This document shows positions 8,997-16,674 of a stretch of 27,841 bases of DNA, piece by piece (within the stretch, counting starts at the first letter, position 1; each line of letters opens with the position of its first letter). The position numbers were made by a program, and so were the translations under genes. The notes below the pieces were generated by a model, which had not been told where the DNA came from, did no database searches, and saw only the letters and a list, made by a program, of their open reading frames with translations. This DNA comes from Elusimicrobiota bacterium (GTDB lineage Bacteria > Elusimicrobiota > Elusimicrobia > UBA1565), in contig JBDREN010000040.1 in the NCBI GenBank assembly GCA_043819795.1, positions 1 to 27,841 on the forward strand, read 5' to 3'.

Positions 8997-9025
8997 TTGC
9001 GCATGATGGGCTGACGGGCTATACT
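8997..9025 (+). promoter_or_regulatory. Sigma70-type promoter of the HTH gene
   Basis: TTGCGC (8997-9002), 17 nt, TATACT (9020-9025). GGGGAGG RBS precedes ATG 9052. Confidence 0.65.
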
Positions 9026-9051
9026 ATGGCGGCTAGGCCGGGGAGGCTCAG

Positions 9052-9510
9052 ATGGGAAGACCAGAGGTCGCGGGAAGCGGGGCCGCCGTGCGGATGCTGT
9101 GGCGCGAGATCCGGCGCTCGAGCGAATCGCGCTTCGTCCAGCGGGCGCACGCCGTGCTGGCGGTGTGCCGCGGGTTCAACTGCAGGGAGACGGCGGCGGT
9201 CCTCGGGCGGAGCCCCCGGGCGGTCGAGTACTGGGTCAGGCGTTTTCACGACGAGGGAATCGCGGGCCTGCGCGAGCGTCCGCGCTCCGGCCGGTCGGGG
9301 GCGTTGACGCGGGAACAGAGGGAGTTCCTGCGCCTCGAGCTGGCCGGAGAGTCCGGGGCGGCCGTCCCCGCGCGGGGACGCTGGACCGGGTCGCGCCTCC
9401 GGCGGCATCTTACGGAGAGATACGGAGTGCGGCTGGGCGTCCGGCAGTGCCAGCGCCTGCTCGGGCGCCTGCGAGGGGCCCCCGGAGCCGGTATTATGGG
9501 GCGCAGTTAG
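9052..9510 (+). CDS. Winged helix-turn-helix protein resembling the IS630-family transposase N-terminus, without a DDE domain
   Basis: RAHAVL...ETAAVLGRSPRAVEYWVRRFHDEGIAGLRERPRSGR...WTGSRLRRHLTERYGVRLGVRQCQRLL is the typical IS630 orfA pattern. Good RBS. Only ~90 nt separate it from the next gene. Confidence 0.8.
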   Translation: MGRPEVAGSGAAVRMLWREIRRSSESRFVQRAHAVLAVCRGFNCRETAAVLGRSPRAVEYWVRRFHDEGIAGLRERPRSGRSGALTREQREFLRLELAGESGAAVPARGRWTGSRLRRHLTERYGVRLGVRQCQRLLGRLRGAPGAGIMGRS

Positions 9511-9533
9511 ATAAGACGTATTGGGGTGAGGCG

Positions 9534-9562
9534 TTGCCTCCGGCGACTTCGACTGCTAGAAT
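9534..9562 (+). promoter_or_regulatory. Sigma70-type promoter (extended -10) of the foldase gene
   Basis: TTGCCT (9534-9539), 17 nt, TAGAAT (9557-9562) preceded by TGn. Confidence 0.6.
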
Positions 9563-9597
9563 GGCCCGGAGACTACCTGGTTGCCAAGGAGAGACCG

Positions 9598-10461
9598 ATG
9601 AAGGGAATGCTTTTCGTGCTCGTGGGGACGTTATTGGGGGCTGGAGCGGTTTCGGCCGAGGCCAAGGCCAAGGACCCGGTCATCGTGAAGGTGGATGGGG
9701 CCGAGATCCGGAAGAGCGAGGTGTATCAGCGGCTTTGGGACATCCAGGGGACGACGGTGCTGGAGCAGATGATCGACCGGCACCTGATCGAGCGGGACGC
9801 CAAGAAGCGGAAGATCGTCGCGGATGAGAGTGATGTCGAGCGGCGCATGGACGCGATCGGGCAGCAGCTTCCGGAGGGGACTTCTCTGGAGCAGAAGCTA
9901 AACGAGTCCGGGCTGACTCTGGAGAAGCTGCGCAAGGAGATCACCTTCGAGGTGCTGCGGGACGGCTTGGTGGTCGAGGCCGCGGAGATCGCGGTCTCCT
10001 CGACCGAGGTGCGCGCCGCCTACGAGGCGAACCGGAACCGGCTGGGGAACCCCGAGGCGGTCCGGCTCCGGCACATCCTCGTGCAGACGGAGCGGGAGGC
10101 GGACGACCTGCTGATCGCCCTCAAGGCCGGAGCCGATTTCGAGAAGCTCGCGTCGGCGAAATCCCTCAACGCGGACACCCGGGACAAGGGGGGGGACCTG
10201 GGCTTCATCACGCCGGGGATGCTGCGTCCCGAGATCGAGAAGGCGGTCTGGAAGCTCAGGGCGGGCGAGCTCAGCCCGATCGTCGACACCGGCCAAGGCT
10301 TTCACATCTTCCAGGCAGTGGAGCGGCGCGAGGGGAAGCCCGCCGAGTTCGAGGAGGTCTCCGCGGACCTCCACCGCGCGATCCGCAACAGGAAGATCGC
10401 CGCGGCGCTGCCGGGCGTCGTTAAGGACCTGCGGGCCAAGGCGAAGATTGAGCGGGAGTAG
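9598..10461 (+). CDS. PpiC-type peptidyl-prolyl isomerase / PrsA-SurA-like foldase, exported (287 aa)
   Basis: AAGGAG RBS before ATG 9598. Signal peptide MKGMLFVLVGTLLGAGAVSA. Parvulin motifs VRLRHILV, FEKLA...S, KGGDLGF, GELSPIVDTGQGFHI, with a SurA_N-like helical region. Confidence 0.9.
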   Translation: MKGMLFVLVGTLLGAGAVSAEAKAKDPVIVKVDGAEIRKSEVYQRLWDIQGTTVLEQMIDRHLIERDAKKRKIVADESDVERRMDAIGQQLPEGTSLEQKLNESGLTLEKLRKEITFEVLRDGLVVEAAEIAVSSTEVRAAYEANRNRLGNPEAVRLRHILVQTEREADDLLIALKAGADFEKLASAKSLNADTRDKGGDLGFITPGMLRPEIEKAVWKLRAGELSPIVDTGQGFHIFQAVERREGKPAEFEEVSADLHRAIRNRKIAAALPGVVKDLRAKAKIERE

Positions 10462-10469
10462 TACCGGAA

Positions 10470-11006
10470 CTAACCTTCCACGGCGTCGGCGACCGACGCC
10501 GCCACGTCGAGGATGCCGCGCAGCGCGTCGGCTTCGGTGGGAGACGGCATCCGCACCTGGATCTGGTTCGACACCGCCAGGATCCTGACGTCCGGCATCC
10601 GCAGCAGCTTCTGGCGCGTGGCCGGATCCAAGGCGCCTTCGCCGGCCTCCGGCGGAGTGGCCCGCGCCAGGTAGCGCTCCTCGAACGCCGGGTCGCCCAG
10701 CGTCAGACGGTCGTGCACGACCATCCCGGCGGCCCGCTCCATCTCCGCCCGAGGGCCGATCTCGACGCGGATCGCGCTCCGGCACTGCAGGGGGCTGGCC
10801 AGCAGCGCGCCCCCCTCGACGGAGCTCACCGTGACGCGACGTCCTTTCCATTCGCCGCCCATGCGCGGCGGGTCCGGCGCGTACTGCATGCCGACAGCCG
10901 AGGCCAGCGCGGGCCAGCGCGAGGCCGGGTTCCTGAAGCGGCTCTCCCTCCAGAAATAGAGCGCGACCGGCACCGCCACGCCGACGAGTATCAATAGGAT
11001 CTCCAT
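10470..11006 (-). CDS. Hypothetical protein with a single N-terminal membrane anchor (178 aa)
   Basis: MEILLILVGVAVPVALYFW transmembrane segment followed by a soluble domain. The ORF fills the gap, converging on the foldase gene. Confidence 0.75.
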   Translation of the reverse strand: MEILLILVGVAVPVALYFWRESRFRNPASRWPALASAVGMQYAPDPPRMGGEWKGRRVTVSSVEGGALLASPLQCRSAIRVEIGPRAEMERAAGMVVHDRLTLGDPAFEERYLARATPPEAGEGALDPATRQKLLRMPDVRILAVSNQIQVRMPSPTEADALRGILDVAASVADAVEG

Positions 11007-11227
11007 GTCCTCATCTTAGCACATGCCCGCGCCGGTTGCGCGAAGCGCCAACCGGTCGCGTGCACCGCTGGGTCATCAAGGGGGGTGCCCGCCGAAGGCG
11101 GGCAGGGCTTCTCTGTAGTCTGAGGTGTAAGCGCGCCAAACGCTGCGCGCTTGACGCGTCGAACCCGAAGCGAAGGGCGCGACAGGCCTCCATTTCGGAA
11201 ATGTTTCAGATGATTTGAATCGGCCAC

Positions 11228-11257
11228 TTGCGGCGCCCTTCCCGGGACTGCTATCCT
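11228..11257 (+). promoter_or_regulatory. Putative extended -10 promoter of the peptidase/ATP-grasp pair
   Basis: TTGCGG (11228-11233), 18 nt, TATCCT (11252-11257) preceded by TGn. It ends 10 nt before ATG 11268, and there is no Shine-Dalgarno sequence. Confidence 0.45.
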
Positions 11258-11267
11258 CTCCTTCACC

Positions 11268-12434
11268 ATGCCCGACGAGCGCGACGGCGCTTCCGATACG
11301 CAGAAGGGCCCGCCGGCCGGCGGCGCCGGCCTCGGCCTCGGCAGCGGGGCGGAGGAGCAAAAGGCCGCCGGCCGGAAGCCCAAGAGCCGGCGCCAGAGCC
11401 CTTCGCGCCTGAGGCCGGACCGCCGGCCCATCGACTGGGAAAACATCAGCGACGAGGAGCTTCTTCGCAAGCGCATTTGCGACCTCCCTCTGAGCATCGA
11501 GGGCACGGAGCTTGAGGAGCGCATCCAGACCGTCTACGGGGAGCTGGAGGCCAGGGGGATCCTCTTCCGCCCCGAGGTCTATCTCGGGGACGAGTGGTTC
11601 TCGCCGGAGGGCGATCCGGTCATCTCGATCCCGTTCTACCTCGCCCATCCGCGGCTCATCAGGCTCCAGCGCAGCCGCGTCCTCGAGGCCGAGGGCGAGA
11701 CGCGCGCCTGGTTCCTGCAGCTGCTGCGCCACGAGATGGGACACGCGCTCATGCACGCCTACGGCCTGCATAGGTCCCGGGGCTACAGGAAGGTCTTCGG
11801 CAAGAGTTCGCAGCCGTATCCCGAGAAGGTCCGCACGCGGCCCTACAGCCGGAAGTACGTCCGCCACCTCGAGGACTGGTACGCGCAGAGCCATCCGGAC
11901 GAGGATTTCTCCGAGACCTTCGCCGTCTGGCTGACGCCGGACATCGACTGGCACGAGCAGTACGCCGGCTGGGGGGCGCTCAAGAAGCTGGAGCTCGTGG
12001 ATCGGATGATGTCCGGCATTCGAGGCAGGAAGCCCAAGAAGCGGACGGGGCCGAAGTACCGCCGTCTTTCCAAGATACGGATGACCATCGCCCAGTACCA
12101 TAGGATCACGCGCAAGGCGCTCGAGGAGGACTTCCCGGACTTCTTCGACGGGGACCTGAAGGCCATCTTCAGTCCCGAGGGGGGGGCGGACGGCGAGCGG
12201 GCCGCGAAGTTCCTCCGGCGCCATCGCCGGATGCTGGTGCGCGGCATCGCGCAGTGGACCGGGGAGAAGCGCTACACCATCCACCACCTCGTCACGCGTT
12301 TCGCCGAGCGCTGCGCGGAGCTCGGACTGTACGTCCATCTTCCGGAGTCGGAGACGCTGGCCCAGGCCAGCGCCTGCCTGACGGCGATGGCCGCGCACTA
12401 TTTCCTGACGGGCAAGTTCAAGAGGCGTCTCTAA
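11268..12434 (+). CDS. Putative zinc-binding metallopeptidase (HExxH zincin, Peptidase_Mx-like)
   Basis: LLRHEMGHA (HExxH) and WYAQSHPDEDFSETFAVWL, which supplies a likely third-ligand Glu. No signal peptide. Low-complexity N-terminal ~50 aa. Confidence 0.8.
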   Translation: MPDERDGASDTQKGPPAGGAGLGLGSGAEEQKAAGRKPKSRRQSPSRLRPDRRPIDWENISDEELLRKRICDLPLSIEGTELEERIQTVYGELEARGILFRPEVYLGDEWFSPEGDPVISIPFYLAHPRLIRLQRSRVLEAEGETRAWFLQLLRHEMGHALMHAYGLHRSRGYRKVFGKSSQPYPEKVRTRPYSRKYVRHLEDWYAQSHPDEDFSETFAVWLTPDIDWHEQYAGWGALKKLELVDRMMSGIRGRKPKKRTGPKYRRLSKIRMTIAQYHRITRKALEEDFPDFFDGDLKAIFSPEGGADGERAAKFLRRHRRMLVRGIAQWTGEKRYTIHHLVTRFAERCAELGLYVHLPESETLAQASACLTAMAAHYFLTGKFKRRL

Positions 12435-13444
12435 TGGGAAAGAGCCTGAAGGTCCTGACGCTGTTCGACAGCCACTCGGCGAAGCCGCGCGGGCATGACT
12501 TCGCCGAAGAGTTCGAGAAGGACGAGTGGAAGTCCGAGCGGCACGTCGTCGAGGGGCTTCGCTCCCTCGGGCACGATGTGCGCATGCTCGGCCTCTTCGA
12601 CGACGTGGCCCTCCTGATCGAGGACGTCAAGGAGTTCGCGCCCGACGTGGTGTTCAACCTCATGGAGGAGTTCCATCAGGACCCCTGCCTGGTCGCGAAC
12701 GTGGCCGCCGTGCTCGAGATGCTCGGCGTCGCGTACACCGGCTCGACGCCGCTGGGCCTGCGGCTCTGCAAGGATAAGGCCTTGGCGAAGATGATCCTCG
12801 TGCACCACGGCGTCCCGACCCCGCCGTTCCAGGTCTTCGAGCGCGACCGCGTGATCAAGAGGAGCTCGGGGGTGAAGCTCCCGATCGTCGTCAAGCCGAA
12901 GGTCGAGGACGCCTCCTACGGCATCGCCAAGGCGTCGGTGGTCGAGGACGACGAGGCTCTGGAGGAGCGAGTTCGCTTCGTCCACGAGAGCACGGGGCAG
13001 GCCGCCTTGGCCGAGGAGTACGTGGACGGGCGCGAGGTCTACGTGAGCATCCTCGGCGCCCACCGCCTGCGGGTCTTCCCGCTGCGGGAGGTGAAGTTCG
13101 GGCAGCTCGCCGAGGGGGACAACCTGCCGATCGCCACCTACAAGGTGAAGTGGGACGCCGCCTACCGCAAGAAGCGCGGGATCGAGTACGTCTACGTGGA
13201 GGATATGGAGGAGGCGCTGGTCAAGAAGATCGAGGACATCTCCCGCGCTTCTTACCGGGCCCTCGAGCTCGGGGGCTACGCCCGCGTCGATGTGCGCATG
13301 GACCAGGAGAGTCGGCCCTACGTGCTCGAGGTGAACCCCAACCCCTATCTCGCCAGGGACGAGGACTACGCGCAGTCGGCCGAGCGCGGGGGCCTGCCCT
13401 GGGAGAAGCTCCTGCAGGCCATCATCAACGAGGCCGTCGAATGA
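12434..13444 (+). CDS. D-Ala-D-Ala ligase-like ATP-grasp enzyme, non-canonical (336 aa)
   Basis: ATG 12434 overlaps the upstream TAA (TAATG). Motifs PDVVFNL, GVAYTGS, DKALAK, PIVVKPKVEDASYGI, EEYVDGRE, GYARVDVRM, LEVNPNPYL. Confidence 0.85.
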   Translation: MGKSLKVLTLFDSHSAKPRGHDFAEEFEKDEWKSERHVVEGLRSLGHDVRMLGLFDDVALLIEDVKEFAPDVVFNLMEEFHQDPCLVANVAAVLEMLGVAYTGSTPLGLRLCKDKALAKMILVHHGVPTPPFQVFERDRVIKRSSGVKLPIVVKPKVEDASYGIAKASVVEDDEALEERVRFVHESTGQAALAEEYVDGREVYVSILGAHRLRVFPLREVKFGQLAEGDNLPIATYKVKWDAAYRKKRGIEYVYVEDMEEALVKKIEDISRASYRALELGGYARVDVRMDQESRPYVLEVNPNPYLARDEDYAQSAERGGLPWEKLLQAIINEAVE

Positions 13445-13477
13445 CCCCCGCGCGCGTCCTTCCCGGCGCGCGGACTG

Positions 13478-15331
13478 CTACGTGATCCGCTTGGCGTAGA
13501 CGTTGAGGAGGTCGCTCCGGCTGACGATGCCCACGACCTTCTGCGGGTCGTCGTGCGATACGACCGGCATCCGGTCGATGCCGCCGTGATGCATGCGGCG
13601 CAGGGCCTCGCTGACGGGAGTGTCGGGGTAGAGGGGCTGGCCGGAGGAGCGCATGAACTTCTCGATCGGCATGTCGGCTCCCGGCGGCGGCTCGACGCTG
13701 TAGGCGGCCTGGGCCTCGGCGTAGGTCATCATCCCGACAAGCTTCCCCTCCTTGTCCACTACGGGGAATCCGGTCCGCTTGGTCTTGTTGAAGTGGCGGC
13801 CGAGCTTGCCGATCGGGAAGTCGGCGTCGAGCGTCGTGACCTTCTTCGACATGAGCTCCGAGACCGGCGTCTGGGCGGCGAGGGACGTTTCGGGCTCCTG
13901 TTTCCATTTGACGCCTTTGCGCACGAGCTTCAGCGTGTAGATCGATTCGGGCTCGACCACGCGCGCCACCAGGACCGCGGTCACGACCGAGATCATGAGC
14001 GGCAGGATGATGGCGTAGTCGTAGGTCATCTCGAAGAGGATCAGGATGGCGGTCAGCGGCGCGTGGGTGGCCCCCGCGACGAAGGCGGCCATGCCCACCA
14101 TGGCGTAGGCTCCCGGGTCCACGATGCCGGGCAGCAGCAGCGCGAACACCTGGCCGAAGAACGCCCCCATCATGGCCCCGCAGAACAGGCAGGGCATGAA
14201 GATGCCGCCCGAGCCCCCGGAGCCGAGGGTAAGCGACGTGGACAGGCACTTGGCCGCCAGCAGCACGAGCAGCACTCCGGGCGCGAATCCGCTGCGCAAG
14301 GCCTGTTCGATCACGATGTAGCCCGTGCCCAGGGCGCCGGGGACGAAGAAGCCGACAACCCCGACGAGCAGGCCGCCCAAGGCCGGCTTCCACATGGGGT
14401 TGATCTGCTTGCCCAGGACCCCGCAGCGCAGGTCGAACTCGTCCTCCAGCCGGTAGAGGAAGCGCACGAAGACCTTGCAGAGCACGCCGGCGAAAACGCC
14501 CAGCAGGAGGTAGAGGATCAGCTCGCCGGAGTGGACCAGCCTGTACTCGGGGACGCTGAAATAGGCGGCGGTTCCGTGCAGCCCCCGGGAGATGGTGGCG
14601 GCGATCACGGAGCTCAGGACGACCATGGCGAACGGGCCGGCCGTGATCTCGCCGAGCATGATCTCGAGCGCGAAGGCCATGCCCCCGAGCGGGGCGTTGA
14701 ACGCCGCCGCGATGCCGGCCGCGGAGCCCGCCGCCGCCATGGTCTTGAGCGTCACCGCCGGCAGCTTGAAGAGCTGGGCGAGCCGCGAGCCGATGGAGGC
14801 TCCGATCTGCACGATGGGCCCCTCGCGGCCCGCCGAGCCGCCCGTGCCGATGGTGAGCGCGCTGCACAATGCCTTCAGGGCCGCCACCCGGCCGCGGATG
14901 CGTCCGCCCTGCTGGTGCATCGCGAGCATGACCTCTGGCACCCCGTGCCCTTTGGACTCGGGGGACAAATACACGATGAGCGGGCCCACGGCGAGGCCTC
15001 CGAGCGCCGGGAATACCAGTATCCGCCAACGTTCCAGAAGCGGGAGGGCCGCCAGTTTCGCGGGCGAGCCCCCGAGCCCGGACTCGAAGACCCAGCGGAT
15101 CAGCGTGTCGAAGATGTAAGCGAAGACGCCCGTGAACATCCCGATCAGGATGGCGAGGACGACCAGGAACTTGGTTTCCGAGGGCGCGAGGAGCGGCCCG
15201 AACCTCTTCCAGGTCGAGGTTCCCCACTGGCTGAGCTCCGACGCGTAGGCGGCGGCCATCCGCGTCCATTCGGGGAGCTGGCCTTCCTGTCGGTCGCCTA
15301 CGCGCCTTCGCTTCTTATCGCTTTCCGCCAT
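13478..15331 (-). CDS. CLC-family chloride channel/transporter with two C-terminal CBS domains (~617 aa)
   Basis: GHGVPEV, GGSAGREGP, AAAFNAPLGG, GGSGGIFMP and SIYTLKL motifs, many transmembrane segments, and a CBS pair (FPVVDKEGKLVGMMT; MPVV...VVGIVSRSDLL). Start placed at ATG 15331 (uncertain). Confidence 0.92.
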   Translation of the reverse strand: MAESDKKRRRVGDRQEGQLPEWTRMAAAYASELSQWGTSTWKRFGPLLAPSETKFLVVLAILIGMFTGVFAYIFDTLIRWVFESGLGGSPAKLAALPLLERWRILVFPALGGLAVGPLIVYLSPESKGHGVPEVMLAMHQQGGRIRGRVAALKALCSALTIGTGGSAGREGPIVQIGASIGSRLAQLFKLPAVTLKTMAAAGSAAGIAAAFNAPLGGMAFALEIMLGEITAGPFAMVVLSSVIAATISRGLHGTAAYFSVPEYRLVHSGELILYLLLGVFAGVLCKVFVRFLYRLEDEFDLRCGVLGKQINPMWKPALGGLLVGVVGFFVPGALGTGYIVIEQALRSGFAPGVLLVLLAAKCLSTSLTLGSGGSGGIFMPCLFCGAMMGAFFGQVFALLLPGIVDPGAYAMVGMAAFVAGATHAPLTAILILFEMTYDYAIILPLMISVVTAVLVARVVEPESIYTLKLVRKGVKWKQEPETSLAAQTPVSELMSKKVTTLDADFPIGKLGRHFNKTKRTGFPVVDKEGKLVGMMTYAEAQAAYSVEPPPGADMPIEKFMRSSGQPLYPDTPVSEALRRMHHGGIDRMPVVSHDDPQKVVGIVSRSDLLNVYAKRIT

Positions 15332-16674
15332 AATGACGATACCAGATAAGCGTCGAGCCTGTTGACCGGGACCCATCGGGCCTCGGCTGGCAGCCGTCCG
15401 CGGGAGAGGCGCGCGTCACGGACGGTGAGGGTGATGCGGTGGCGGGTGACGCTGTGGCGCACTGTGTTTACCACCGGCCCGACATCTACCCTGAGGGGCC
15501 GGGGCACGGCGCCCCTCCGGGGTCGACGCCGCACCACCGCCCCGACTTCCGCCTTGAGCGCGCCGCGCGGCCGCGCGGTCTTCAGGTGCCGGGCCTCCGG
15601 GAGGCTCCAATGGCCGGGCAGGAGCCGCTCGTCCGGAGAGCGGCGCCACAAGAGGAGCCGTCCGTCCTCCCGGATCCGCAGCCCGGTCCAAGAGAGCCGG
15701 ACGGGCTCGCGCCGCGGGCCGGCCTCGGGCAAGCTCTCCTGGATCCCTTTCCGGAAGGCGGCGCAGCCGCGCGTCAGCGGGCATTTCCCGCAGGCCGGGG
15801 CCCGCGGGACGCATACCTGCGCGCCCAGCTCCATGAGCGCCTGGTTCCAATCACCGGGGCGCTCGCGGTCGAGGCAGGTCCGGGCCAGGCTCCAGACGCG
15901 TCGCTGGACCGCGGGGTCCTTGAGGTTCCCGCGCAGGCCGAAGAGCCTCGCGAACACGCGCCCCACGTTGCCGTCGGCCAGCTCGACCGGCTTGCCGAAG
16001 GCGATGGACGCGACGGCCGCGGCCGTGTACCTGCCGACGCCGGGCAAAGAGCGCAGGACCTCCGGCTCCGACGGGACGCGGCCGCCGTGCATGCGGACGA
16101 TCTCCCGGGCGGCCCGCAGAAGGCCGCGCGCCCGCCTGTAATAGCCCAGTCCGGCCCACAGCCTGAGCACGTCCCGCTCCCCGGCCCGCGCCAGGGCATC
16201 GACGTCGGGGAAGCGCTCGAGGAAGCGCTTGTAGCGCGGGAGCGCCGCCGCGACCTGCGTCTGCTGGAGCATGGTCTCCGAGATCCATGTCCCGTACGGA
16301 GACGGCCGCTCGCGCCACGGCAGCCGACGGCGATGGCGGCCGTACCACTTAAGGAGCGCGCGCTTTTGGGTGGGGGAAAGTCCCGTCCGCCCCCCTGCCG
16401 CTGCGCGTCCCCCCAGTCCTGCGCGCTTCCCCTGGGGGGAAGCGCGCAGCAAGCCCCTCACCCCCCGCCCTCTCCCGCAGGGAGAGGGGACCATCCGCCC
16501 CCCTGCCGCTGCGCGCCCCCCCGTGGGGGGGGCTTGCGAATCCGCCCCCTGAAACGCCTGCGCGCCTCCCCGTGGGGGAGGCTTGCGGCCGCGCCCCCCT
16601 GCCGCTGCGCGCCCCCCCGCGGGGGGGGCTTGCGACTTGGGGGCTTGCGTGCTGGGAGGGCTTTGCTTACTCAT
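15298..16674 (-). CDS. mutY: A/G-specific adenine glycosylase MutY with a ~100-aa repeat-derived N-terminal extension
   Basis: WY...RRLPWR, WISETMLQQTQV, WAGLGYYRRAR, HhH motif LPGVGRYTA, DGNV, and the 4Fe-4S motif Cx6Cx2Cx5C (CVPRAPACGKCPLTRGC). ATG 16674 overlaps the permease stop. The start is uncertain; the conserved core begins near 16375. Confidence 0.9.
   Translation of the reverse strand: MSKQSPPSTQAPKSQAPPAGGRAAAGGRGRKPPPRGGAQAFQGADSQAPPTGGRAAAGGRMVPSPCGRGRGVRGLLRASPQGKRAGLGGRAAAGGRTGLSPTQKRALLKWYGRHRRRLPWRERPSPYGTWISETMLQQTQVAAALPRYKRFLERFPDVDALARAGERDVLRLWAGLGYYRRARGLLRAAREIVRMHGGRVPSEPEVLRSLPGVGRYTAAAVASIAFGKPVELADGNVGRVFARLFGLRGNLKDPAVQRRVWSLARTCLDRERPGDWNQALMELGAQVCVPRAPACGKCPLTRGCAAFRKGIQESLPEAGPRREPVRLSWTGLRIREDGRLLLWRRSPDERLLPGHWSLPEARHLKTARPRGALKAEVGAVVRRRPRRGAVPRPLRVDVGPVVNTVRHSVTRHRITLTVRDARLSRGRLPAEARWVPVNRLDAYLVSSLWRKAIRSEGA
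16388..16634. repeat. Cluster of GC-rich palindromic REP-like repeats
   Basis: CGCCCCCCTGCCGCTGCGCG occurs three times (16388, 16496, 16592). Hairpins include CTGCGCGCTTCCCC-TGG-GGGGAAGCGCGCAG (16419-16449) and three C-run/G-run stems ending CTTGCG. Also CCCCTCACCCCCCGCCCTCTCCCGCAGGGAGAGGGG (16454-16489). Confidence 0.85.

Noticed and set aside
16388..16634. CRISPR array
   Set aside because: The repeats are only 20 nt, the intervening segments are themselves related hairpins of 76-88 nt, and there are no cas genes.
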